From Candidatus Pacearchaeota archaeon (GTDB lineage Archaea > Nanobdellota > Nanobdellia > Pacearchaeales > UBA284), in NCBI GenBank assembly GCA_026016245.1, contig CP061211.1, forward strand, positions 120,001 to 152,000: DNA of 32,000 nt, given 5' to 3'. Every line of letters begins with the position of its first letter. Positions within the stretch are counted from its first letter, which is position 1. The notes under the pieces are model-generated. The model saw only the letters and a list, made by a program, of their open reading frames with translations. It was not told where the DNA came from and ran no database searches. Below, one piece after another: positions 1 to 7,829 of the stretch. Both the position numbers and the translations under genes were made by a program.

Positions 1-141
1 ATATGAATGCCCCTATTTCCCCTTTCTCCTTATTTTTTTCTCTTTTTTTTGCCATGCACTTCCAAGGCAAAATTTGTTTTTAAAACTTTTCATCATAACA
101 AACACAATAAAATTTAAAAATAAATATATCTTTAAGAGAGT

Positions 142-324
142 ATGAGCAAATTACTTAATATTTTGATAGGGGTAATTTTGATATTGGCACCTATATTGAT
201 TGTCTTGAATATACCACTATTTTACAATTGGGGACCAGCAGCAATTGAATTTTTGAAAGGCGGTGTTGTTGTATGTTTAATGATTGTAGGAATTGTTTTT
301 TTAATTCTAGGGATAACAGAGTAA
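142..324 (+). CDS. small hydrophobic membrane protein (hypothetical)
   Basis: 60-aa ORF made of two long hydrophobic stretches (LNILIGVILILAPILIVL; VVVCLMIVGIVFLILGI). No family recognised. Confidence 0.35.
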   Translation: MSKLLNILIGVILILAPILIVLNIPLFYNWGPAAIEFLKGGVVVCLMIVGIVFLILGITE

Positions 325-352
325 GGAAAAAAGGTGAAGGGGAAGTGAAGTT

Positions 353-1576
353 ATGATAGATGAATCTTTATGTATTAGATGTAAAGGTAGGGGGTGGTGT
401 GGCGGGCCTTGCAAGATCTTAGCTAGGCTTAGGGAATTTCAGCCGAAGATATCTAAAGAATTTTCTGGTTCAAGTCCTCCAGAAATTTTTGTTGGTCGTT
501 ACGGCTATCCTAATGTTTTTACAGGGATTCTTGCTCCAACAGAATTTGGAGAGACAGAAGAACTAAGCATGCCTGAAGTGTGGCATGAGCAAGGGGCAGG
601 TATTCAGGATATCCTTGCTTATCGCTCTAGGATGATTTATTCAAGATTTATTTCAAGTATAAAAAGTGCTAGATCAAAACAGCAGTCAAGGCTTCTAGAT
701 TTAATGCAGGAAATAAGTTTAGCGAGCAAGCCAGTTGATGCAAGTTTCAAGTTAAAAAAGAAACCGAGAGTAAGGATACAAATGGATGCTCATGTTCCTA
801 TGATAGGCAATCCTGCTCCTCTAAAGTCAGTAAAACTAGAATCAAATCCTAAAGTTGAGAAGAAAGTAGATTATCTCACAAGTGATACTGATGTTAAATC
901 AACTCAAGCAATCAAAGAACTTTACAAATCAAAGATTCCAGTGAGTAACATCATAAAGATTTTGAGTGGTGGTATGTTAGGTTTGAGGATTCAGAGAAGA
1001 CTTGTTCCGACAAGATGGGCTGTGAGTGCGATAGATGATACAATTTCTAAAACATTGCTGGAAAAAATCAGACACTATCAGGAAATTTCTTCTTATCTTC
1101 TTTTTCATGCCAGTTATCTTGGAAATTATTATAATATTATTCTGATACCCAATTGTTGGTCATTTGAAGTTATTGAGGCGAGTGCGAAAGGATATTTTGG
1201 TAGGAATTATAGGATAGCGACATGGCAGGATTATGAGTTTTTCCAGAAAAGAAAGAAATATGCTTTTAGTGTGACAGGGGCTTATTATGCTAACAGACTT
1301 GCTGTTTGTGAATATTTATATAAGACGAAGAGGCAGGCTTCTGTTCTTGTTTTGAGGGAAATTCGTGATGAATATTGGGCTCCTTGTGGTGTTGGTATTT
1401 TGCGAGAAGTGACAAGAGAGGCCATGCAAAGCAAGCCTGAAAAATTTGACACACTTAAAGGAGCACTAAGTACAGCACAGACAAAATTTAAGTTACCTCT
1501 AGAAATTTATACAACAAAAAGTAAATTATTACAGAATATTAAAACACAGACAAGGCTTTCTAAATTTTTATCTTAA
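353..1576 (+). CDS. Nre-family DNA repair protein (DUF650/DUF651-type architecture)
   Basis: N-terminal cysteine cluster CIRCKGRGWCGGPC followed by SSPPEIFVGRYGYPNV, which I recognise as the archaeal Nre signature. The length (~400 aa) is typical. Confidence 0.65.
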   Translation: MIDESLCIRCKGRGWCGGPCKILARLREFQPKISKEFSGSSPPEIFVGRYGYPNVFTGILAPTEFGETEELSMPEVWHEQGAGIQDILAYRSRMIYSRFISSIKSARSKQQSRLLDLMQEISLASKPVDASFKLKKKPRVRIQMDAHVPMIGNPAPLKSVKLESNPKVEKKVDYLTSDTDVKSTQAIKELYKSKIPVSNIIKILSGGMLGLRIQRRLVPTRWAVSAIDDTISKTLLEKIRHYQEISSYLLFHASYLGNYYNIILIPNCWSFEVIEASAKGYFGRNYRIATWQDYEFFQKRKKYAFSVTGAYYANRLAVCEYLYKTKRQASVLVLREIRDEYWAPCGVGILREVTREAMQSKPEKFDTLKGALSTAQTKFKLPLEIYTTKSKLLQNIKTQTRLSKFLS

Positions 1577-2298
1577 AAACAACCACATTTTAGAAGCCAC
1601 ATCAAAGCTAGGCCAACAAGAATAAAGATAAGTTGTAATAATGATTCTGAAATTTTAATTCTTTTATGTAGTTCAGGTATTAGGTCAGTTGCAGCTATGT
1701 AAATAAAGCCGCCTGCTGCAAATGGAAGAAGAAATGTTGTGTCAATGCTGGCACTTAAGAAATAGCCAACTAGAGCCCCTAGAATTGCTGTCAAGGCACT
1801 AAAGAAGTTATAAAGCATGGCTCTTCCTTTTTTGAAGCCTCCATAGACAAGAACCCCAAAATCACCTATTTCTTGAGGTATTTCATGAAGGATTATTGCG
1901 ATGGTTGTTGTTATTCCTAGTCCTATGTTTATTAGATAGGCTGCAGCGATAATTAAGCCATCAATAAAATTATGCAAGGCATCTCCTATAAGAATTGTAT
2001 ATCTAAATGTGTGCACAGGACATTTTCCTTTGTGGCAATGTCTCCAGTAAAGGAATTTTTCCAGCACAAAGAAGATCAGAATTCCTCCAATTATATATAA
2101 TGAAACTTTTCCTATTCCTAATTCAAGAGATTCTGGTATGAGATGAAAGAAAGCTCCTCCTAGCAAGGCACCTGAAGCTAAGGCTATAAATAGAATGAGA
2201 ATTTTCTTAAGAAATTTTTCCTTGAACGCGAGAAAAAATATACCTACAAAAGCTATGAGGCTTACTATGATTACTGAAATTAAGATCCAGAGTAGCAT
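1573..2298 (-). CDS. ZIP-family divalent metal (Zn/Fe) transporter
   Basis: Polytopic membrane protein with the ZIP motifs HNFIDGL and HEIPQEIGDFGVL in adjacent helices. Confidence 0.85.
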   Translation of the reverse strand: MLLWILISVIIVSLIAFVGIFFLAFKEKFLKKILILFIALASGALLGGAFFHLIPESLELGIGKVSLYIIGGILIFFVLEKFLYWRHCHKGKCPVHTFRYTILIGDALHNFIDGLIIAAAYLINIGLGITTTIAIILHEIPQEIGDFGVLVYGGFKKGRAMLYNFFSALTAILGALVGYFLSASIDTTFLLPFAAGGFIYIAATDLIPELHKRIKISESLLQLIFILVGLALMWLLKCGCF

Positions 2299-2302
2299 TT
2301 TT

Positions 2303-2584
2303 CTATCCAGTTAATTCTTCAACTTCTTTTTTGCCAGCTTCAAGTTCCTTTACTTGCTCAGAGTCATATTTCAATAGTAAAGTTTGGAATTCTCCGAGAT
2401 GAGTTTTTTCTTCTTTTGTTATATCAATAAGAACTTTCTTTATGTCTTCTTTATCTGTTATTGCTGCTAATTGTTCGTAAAGGCTGACTGCATCAAGTTC
2501 TGCAATCATTCCTACTCTAAGGATTTCTGCGTTAAGCTGGTCTTTTGGCACTTTTCTTAAATCTTCTGGTATTTTTGATAACAT
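2303..2584 (-). CDS. small ferritin-like / EncFtn-rubrerythrin-like protein
   Basis: 93 aa with ELDAVSLYEQ ... EEKTHLGEF (an ExxH di-iron type motif) as in ~100-aa mini-ferritins. Lies 4 nt from the ZIP gene on the same strand. Confidence 0.65.
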   Translation of the reverse strand: MLSKIPEDLRKVPKDQLNAEILRVGMIAELDAVSLYEQLAAITDKEDIKKVLIDITKEEKTHLGEFQTLLLKYDSEQVKELEAGKKEVEELTG

Positions 2585-2674
2585 CTGACCTCCTTTTACT
2601 TTTTTATTAGATGTTTTTGGTTTAAAAATTTTTATTAATGTTATATTTAAAAACTATAAAGTGGTTACAAAATT

Positions 2675-2938
2675 ATGAAAGAAGAAATACACCACAAGAT
2701 ATGTCCTCACATAGAAAATTGTCCTATTTACAGAGACTATGCCAAAAGATTGAAAGGAGAAGGAGGACACCCCTTCGTTCCTATAGATGTTATATATTAT
2801 GTTAAAAATAACCTAGAATACAAATGTCTGGCTTTAGAAAATCCTAGTGAAGAACTTAAGGAAAGACTCGTAGACCCTAAACCTTTTTGTAGTTATATTA
2901 GGGAATTGAATAAAATTAACAAATTATTTGTTAGATAA
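2675..2938 (+). CDS. hypothetical Cys-containing protein
   Basis: 87-aa ORF with CPHIENCP plus two further Cys. No family recognised. Confidence 0.3.
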   Translation: MKEEIHHKICPHIENCPIYRDYAKRLKGEGGHPFVPIDVIYYVKNNLEYKCLALENPSEELKERLVDPKPFCSYIRELNKINKLFVR

Positions 2939-3835
2939 TTATTCTCTGATCATTAAAGTTTTACTCCTTAATTTTTCCAATATACTCAAAAATAATTTTT
3001 CAAAGTTTTTTTCATAAACAACTATTGGTTTTAAATTAACTAAAGCTTCAACAAATTTTTTATCATAAGGTATTTTTCCTAATATGGGAATCTTATACTT
3101 ATCAGCAAAATTTTCTATTTTTTTACTAAATTTTCTATTTAGATCATATTTATTTATAATGATTCCATAAGGAATTCTAAAATGTTCAACTACCTGTAAA
3201 ACTCTCTGAAGATCATTTAATGCAGCTGGGCTTGGTTCTGTAATTGCAATAATATAATCAGAACCTTGAATAGAAGCGATTACTGGACAACCAATCCCTG
3301 GTGAGCTATCAACAATAATAATTTCAGCCTTTTCTTTTTTCGCATTCTCCTCTGCTTTATTTTTTACTTCAGTTACAATTTTTCCGCTTCCACTTTCTCC
3401 TATTTTAAGCTGACCAGAAACAATGTTGAAGCCATAAACTGTTTTTCCTGTATTGATGAAACCGTTTTGAACTTTTTCTAGCTTTATATTCTTTGGATAA
3501 AGTAAATGGCAAGAACCACACCCTTCACATAAGAAACGATCGAAAATCAATTTTTTCTTTTTACTATCCCAAGAGATTGCACTAAAATTACAGATTTCTA
3601 TTAACTTTTTAGGATTAATTCCTTTCATAGAAATTAGCCTTGCTTTCTCATTTGTACTTATTTTTTTCTGCTCTTTAAAATGTTTCAAACCAAGAACAAG
3701 AGCTAAATTAGGTGCATCTACATCACAATCAACTGCAATAACTTTGTGTTTTTTTGCAAGCAGAACAGCAAGCGAAGCTGTAATAGAGCTTTTTCCAACT
3801 CCTCCTTTTCCTGATAAAATTGTTAGCGTTTTCAT
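2939..3835 (-). CDS. MinD/Mrp-superfamily P-loop ATPase with degenerate inserted ferredoxin-like segment
   Basis: Deviant Walker A GKGGVGKS at the N-terminus, an inserted CEGCGSC segment, IIVDSSPG Walker B. Paralog of the upstream gene, with a 4-nt overlap. Confidence 0.85.
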   Translation of the reverse strand: MKTLTILSGKGGVGKSSITASLAVLLAKKHKVIAVDCDVDAPNLALVLGLKHFKEQKKISTNEKARLISMKGINPKKLIEICNFSAISWDSKKKKLIFDRFLCEGCGSCHLLYPKNIKLEKVQNGFINTGKTVYGFNIVSGQLKIGESGSGKIVTEVKNKAEENAKKEKAEIIIVDSSPGIGCPVIASIQGSDYIIAITEPSPAALNDLQRVLQVVEHFRIPYGIIINKYDLNRKFSKKIENFADKYKIPILGKIPYDKKFVEALVNLKPIVVYEKNFEKLFLSILEKLRSKTLMIRE

Positions 3836-4671
3836 TTTAACTTCTCTATAAAATTAGCAATCTTATTTATGCTTTCATCTTCTATTGGCTTGCCTCTTGA
3901 AAAAGCTTCGAGAATTTCTTTCTTATAAGGGATTTCAGCAATTATTTTTGTTTTATATTTTTTAACAATTTTTTTAATTAGATTTTTATCTCCAACATTT
4001 GATCTGTTAAGTATGACTTTTGCTGGGATCTTTAGCATTTTAGTTAACTCCAAGATAAGTTCTAAGTCATAAGCTCCTAGGGGTGTTGGTTCTGTAACAG
4101 CAAGAGCAAGATCACAACCTAATAAAGCTGCTATAACATTGCAATGAGTTCCTGCTCCTGTATCAATTATTATAAAATCATAATCTTGCTCTTTTTTTGA
4201 GGCAAAATTTTTTTCTGCATTAACTATAGGAGAAGCTTCTTCATAGCCAATTACCATTTCTCCAGTTACCAAATTAATGTCATGGCCTTTTCCAGAGTAA
4301 ATTGTTCCAATTTGTTTTTTTGTTCTGCTTATTGCTCCTACTGGACAGATTATTGAACAAGCATTACACCCTATACATAAGTCTGAAACAAAAATTGGAT
4401 ATTTTTCTTTTATAGAAAGAATTGCATTTGCTCTGCAAACCTGAGCACATTTACCACATTTAATACATTTTTTATGATTGAACTTTGGAATAGATTGGTA
4501 AATAGCTTGCTCTTTTTTTCTTTTAATTGAAAGAATTATGTGGTCATTAGGGCAGTCAACATCAGCATCTATTAATAAGATTTTCTTTTTCTTTGCTAAT
4601 TCAACAGCAAGTGCTGTAGCCACAGTTGATTTACCTGTTCCTCCTTTGCCTCCTGTTATTGCAATTCTCAT
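3832..4671 (-). CDS. MinD/Mrp-superfamily P-loop ATPase with inserted 2x[4Fe-4S] ferredoxin domain
   Basis: Walker A GKGGTGKS. Two CxxCxxCxxxC(P) motifs (CIKCGKCAQVC, CIGCNACSIICP) inserted after the P-loop. IIIDTGAG Walker B. Confidence 0.9.
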   Translation of the reverse strand: MRIAITGGKGGTGKSTVATALAVELAKKKKILLIDADVDCPNDHIILSIKRKKEQAIYQSIPKFNHKKCIKCGKCAQVCRANAILSIKEKYPIFVSDLCIGCNACSIICPVGAISRTKKQIGTIYSGKGHDINLVTGEMVIGYEEASPIVNAEKNFASKKEQDYDFIIIDTGAGTHCNVIAALLGCDLALAVTEPTPLGAYDLELILELTKMLKIPAKVILNRSNVGDKNLIKKIVKKYKTKIIAEIPYKKEILEAFSRGKPIEDESINKIANFIEKLK

Positions 4672-4802
4672 ATTATTTAATTTATTTGTTATTTATTTAA
4701 TGAAATAAATCTGCTACTTTTAGCCTGTCTTGGATTGTATAGTTATTATAAAGAATAACTAAAGTTATGTGGAACATTTTAATCTATTGGGTTCTGTCTT
4801 TT

Positions 4803-5201
4803 CTAAAATTTCTTCCCTCTTCCTTTATCAGCTCCAGCACCCATAAACATAGGTCCTGTCGATGAACTTATCTTTTTCAACTTTCCATCTATCAATTGTT
4901 TTATAACAGCCTTTATCTTACCAGAGCCTTGATACATTTCAATGCTTAGCTGTTGTAGAACGCCGAATGCTCTAGGACCCAGATTCATTGTTATGATTGC
5001 ATTTACTTTTTCATTTGCAACAACTTGGGCTGCTGTTATACCTGCCCCACCAAATTGGGCTGCAGCTGTGTTTTTTATTGTCTTAATTTTTTTTATTTTT
5101 TTGTTCTCAATTTCAACCACAACAAAATATGGGCAACGACCAAATCTTGCATCAACTTGACTTTCAATACCTTCTCCTGTTGAACTTATAGCTACTTTCA
5201 T
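4803..5201 (-). CDS. NifX/NifB-C/NafY-like (dinitrogenase FeMo-cofactor-binding fold) protein
   Basis: MKVAISS..G....VDARFGRCPYFVVVE N-terminus is characteristic of the NifX_NifB domain family. Strong SD (AGGAGGAAAAA-ATG). Confidence 0.8.
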   Translation of the reverse strand: MKVAISSTGEGIESQVDARFGRCPYFVVVEIENKKIKKIKTIKNTAAAQFGGAGITAAQVVANEKVNAIITMNLGPRAFGVLQQLSIEMYQGSGKIKAVIKQLIDGKLKKISSSTGPMFMGAGADKGRGKKF

Positions 5202-5277
5202 TTTTTCCTCCTTTGTTTAGCATAATTTAGCATATCTACTTTTTTAATTAAAGTAAAAAACAACTTAAAAAGTTTTC

Positions 5278-5484
5278 TTATCCTCGAGTCATAGCGCTTC
5301 CACATTTAGGACATTTCTGCTGATAGCAAGGAATTCCTATTTGGTGAGACATTCTATAGCCACACTTTGGACAGACACATTCACCACCTGGGCCTGCTGC
5401 AAAACCACCCATGCGACCTCTACCAGTCTGGCCTCTACCTGCTCCAGCGCCTGCTCCACGACCAATTCCTCTTCCATTTGACAT
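5278..5484 (-). CDS. Gly/Arg-rich (RGG) + zinc-ribbon mini-protein
   Basis: 68 aa with a GRGxGxGxGRG tract followed by CVCPKCG-x13-C-x4-CPKCG. Paralogous to the C-terminal module of the next gene. SD AGGAGGAAATAAA-ATG. Confidence 0.6.
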   Translation of the reverse strand: MSNGRGIGRGAGAGAGRGQTGRGRMGGFAAGPGGECVCPKCGYRMSHQIGIPCYQQKCPKCGSAMTRG

Positions 5485-5518
5485 TTTATTTCCTCCTGCC
5501 TTTCGGCAATTATTTAGT

Positions 5519-6022
5519 TTAATCTCCTCTTACCATCAAGGAGCTACATTTTTTACACATCATCTGGTTGCATGGTATTCCAGGAACTTTAGTTTCTTTA
5601 TTACCACATTTAGGACAGATACAAAAGCCAGCAGGGCCAGCTCCTCTGCCAAATCCTCTGCCTCTTCCTCTTCCCATGCCTCTACCAAAACCTCTGCCAC
5701 GACCAGGGCCAACTATTGGTGATGTGACAGGGGTAATCATTTCATACCTACCTCCTTGAATTTTTATTATTTTATTATTTACAAGAGCATCAGCTACTTT
5801 TTTCCTTGCAGCTAGAATTAATCTGTGAAAAGTTGGCTGTGAAATTCCCATCTGTTCAGCTGCTTTTTCCTGTTCCATGGCTTTAAGATCTTTAAGCCTT
5901 ATGGCCTCAAATTCATCTAAAGTTAGGATAATTTCTTCTGGCAAAGTAGGCCCACCTACAGGAGCAAAGTGACTGATTCCTGGCATAAAACCAATTCTTC
6001 TTCTACGTCTTAATCTTGGCAT
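5519..6022 (-). CDS. DUF134/UPF0251-like HTH DNA-binding protein fused to RGG + zinc-ribbon module
   Basis: N-terminus MPRLRRRRRIGFMP....F.P and LTLDEFEAIRL.DL....QE.AAEQMGISQPTFHRLI match the DUF134 pattern (sigma-70 region-4-like HTH). The C-terminus is an RGRGFGRG tract plus CICPKCG...GIPC...CKKC. Confidence 0.75.
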   Translation of the reverse strand: MPRLRRRRRIGFMPGISHFAPVGGPTLPEEIILTLDEFEAIRLKDLKAMEQEKAAEQMGISQPTFHRLILAARKKVADALVNNKIIKIQGGRYEMITPVTSPIVGPGRGRGFGRGMGRGRGRGFGRGAGPAGFCICPKCGNKETKVPGIPCNQMMCKKCSSLMVRGD

Positions 6023-6104
6023 TTTTCTTTTTTATTTTATTTTCTCGATTGCTTCTTTAAATCTCTCACTCATTGTTCACTTCTCGTCTTTTTATTTATT
6101 CTAC

Positions 6105-6545
6105 TTATTCTTCTATTTCAAGGTTTTTTAATTTTTCTTGGATCTTCTTTAGTTCAGATTCTAGGGCTTTCATTTCTTCTTGCATTTCTTTTCTGTCTTC
6201 TTTCAGTATTTCTTTTATCTCATCTTTTGCAGGTTCTTCATAGTAGTCTTCATAAGGATATTCATAGTCTCCTTCATAAGCATAAGGTGCATAACCCCAT
6301 GGATTCCAGAATCTTTGTCTTCTGAATCTGAAGCCTCTGCCCCTAAAACCTCTTCCTTGTCCTCTGCCAAAACCTCTGCCTCTGTTCATACCTCTACCAA
6401 AACCTCTGCCAAATCCTCTTCTAGCCATTCCCATGCCAAATCCTGGATTCATAAATCCTGGTACAGAATAGCCTGCACAGTAACCTAAACTTCTTCCTGT
6501 CATTGGTCCTATTCCATCTAGACCTGTTCCATCTCCTCTAGGCAT
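6105..6545 (-). CDS. DUF5320-like protein (RGG tract + C-terminal coiled coil)
   Basis: N-terminus MPRGDGTGLDGIGPMTGRSLGYCAG is the pattern I associate with DUF5320. Followed by a GFGRGFGRG tract, an acidic/aromatic stretch and a heptad-like C-terminus. SD AGGAGGAAATAAA-ATG, identical to the one upstream of 5484. Confidence 0.65.
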   Translation of the reverse strand: MPRGDGTGLDGIGPMTGRSLGYCAGYSVPGFMNPGFGMGMARRGFGRGFGRGMNRGRGFGRGQGRGFRGRGFRFRRQRFWNPWGYAPYAYEGDYEYPYEDYYEEPAKDEIKEILKEDRKEMQEEMKALESELKKIQEKLKNLEIEE

Positions 6546-6560
6546 TTTATTTCCTCCTAT

Positions 6561-6576
6561 ATGAATTTATATTCAT
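6561..6576. promoter_or_regulatory. ATGAAT-N4-ATTCAT palindrome, copy 1 (candidate operator)
   Basis: atgaatttatattcat, located 16 nt upstream of the DUF5320-like start codon. Confidence 0.35.
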
Positions 6577-6626
6577 TTTATATTTAAATTAACTTAAAGT
6601 CTTATTTGATTAAGACTAATAAGCAT

Positions 6627-6642
6627 ATGAATATATATTCAT
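6627..6642. promoter_or_regulatory. ATGAAT-N4-ATTCAT palindrome, copy 2 (perfect 16-bp palindrome)
   Basis: atgaatatatattcat is its own reverse complement. Lies 66 bp from copy 1 in the same intergenic region. Confidence 0.35.
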
Positions 6643-6674
6643 TATACTATTTAAATGTTTCGTTTTAGAAAGAG

Positions 6675-7829
6675 TTATTCAATTTCTATATATTTTACCT
6701 CATCATCAGCTTCATTGCCGTCTTCATCATATACAATAACTTTTATTGCATAAGTTCCTGGACCAAAATCTCCTGCTAAGAATTCCCATTCCCAAGGTTC
6801 TTCTATTATGGTTTCTTCTGGAGATCCATAATCATCACCTTTTTCTCTAATATAGAATTCCACTTCTTTTATATCTGCTGCATTATCTATATCAAGTTTT
6901 ACTGTTATCCAGTCATCTAGACCAAAAATATCATCTTCATCTGGGTCTGTTATTTTTACACTTAACTCTATTTGTTCACAAGCACAGGTTACTGGATCAC
7001 AAACCGAGGTTTCATTGCAACCTGTTGGCATTGCTGCTGGATCACACTCCTCTTCGCCACTTATTATGCCATCACCACATATATTCATATAATAACATTT
7101 GCAATTCAAACATAAAGGATTTAAGCCGTCTTTACAGTCTGTGTTATTCTCGCACTCTTCACCTTTATCTGGCTCAAATTTGCCATTACCACAACAGCAG
7201 TGGTCAGGACATTCTGCATCATCACCTTTACAATTGTTTTCTACGATTTGATCTATCTGACCTTGTGTAGGTGTTGCATTAGCGCCCCAAGTTCTTCCCA
7301 TTATGTTAGGAGGATATGTGCCAGTGCTTGCGTTGTATGTATCATTCAAACCCATCATATGTCCTGCTTCATGAGCAGCATCATGTATTGTTCCATCCAC
7401 ACCTGGTAAAGGATCATTTATAGAAGTCCCCCAAAAACCAGCGGTGCTTGAACCACTTTTTGAGATGCCCCACATAAAACCTCTGTAACGATTACCAGCA
7501 GCTTGAACATAAGTTGTGTTTGAGACATTAATACAATGATAATCAGCTTCATTACTAGAATAATTAGCTTGACATCCTCCTGAGCCAACATTTTTCCATT
7601 CTACCTCAACTTTCACAGGACATTCACAATCTCCAAAAGTATGGCCATTCCAAGTATCTGTTATATCTTTAACCCAGTCCTCTATTGTTGCGTTATCTGT
7701 TCCAGAAAAAGCTATTTTTATCGTGATTGTTATTTCACAATCATCTCTTTTACAAGTTGTTTCAGCTGATGCAAAGCTCATGCTGATAAGAAATATTGCT
7801 AAAAAGATTATTAATAATTTTTTATTCAT
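6675..7829 (-). CDS. secreted zinc metalloprotease (metzincin-like, HExxHxxGxxD) with Cys-rich repeats and C-terminal Ig-like domain
   Basis: Sec signal peptide (..SFASA-ET). Active-site motif HEAGHMMGLND. Two CG(N/D)G...GEEC(E/D) cysteine-rich repeats. Confidence 0.7.
   Translation of the reverse strand: MNKKLLIIFLAIFLISMSFASAETTCKRDDCEITITIKIAFSGTDNATIEDWVKDITDTWNGHTFGDCECPVKVEVEWKNVGSGGCQANYSSNEADYHCINVSNTTYVQAAGNRYRGFMWGISKSGSSTAGFWGTSINDPLPGVDGTIHDAAHEAGHMMGLNDTYNASTGTYPPNIMGRTWGANATPTQGQIDQIVENNCKGDDAECPDHCCCGNGKFEPDKGEECENNTDCKDGLNPLCLNCKCYYMNICGDGIISGEEECDPAAMPTGCNETSVCDPVTCACEQIELSVKITDPDEDDIFGLDDWITVKLDIDNAADIKEVEFYIREKGDDYGSPEETIIEEPWEWEFLAGDFGPGTYAIKVIVYDEDGNEADDEVKYIEIE

Noticed and set aside
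1-56. Possible 5' end of a minus-strand gene running off the left edge (ATGGCAAAAAAAAGAGAAAAAAAT... = MAKKREKNKEKGEIGAFI).
   Set aside because: Only 18 codons are visible, which is too little to support a call.
3234-4796. Additional GGTTCTGT occurrences (3234-3244, 4088-4099, 4789-4796) that could be solo IS6 ends.
   Set aside because: The first two lie in the paralogous MinD genes, where the minus strand encodes the conserved TEP(S/T)P motif. The third matches only 8 nt, with no similarity beyond. None continues into the 27-nt repeat.
6032-6073. 13-codon mini-ORF (MSERFKEAIEKIK) between the DUF5320-like and DUF134-like genes.
   Set aside because: It is too short to distinguish from chance. 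No SD was seen. It is noted only as a possible leader peptide.
5411-6488. + strand ORFs 5411-5722, 5568-5759 and 6180-6488, with Pro/Ser-rich translations. The same reasoning applies to 4942-5160.
   Set aside because: They are the reverse complements of the GGN/CGN-rich RGG tracts, which automatically give open Pro/Ser/Ala frames. The minus-strand genes have motifs and SD sequences.
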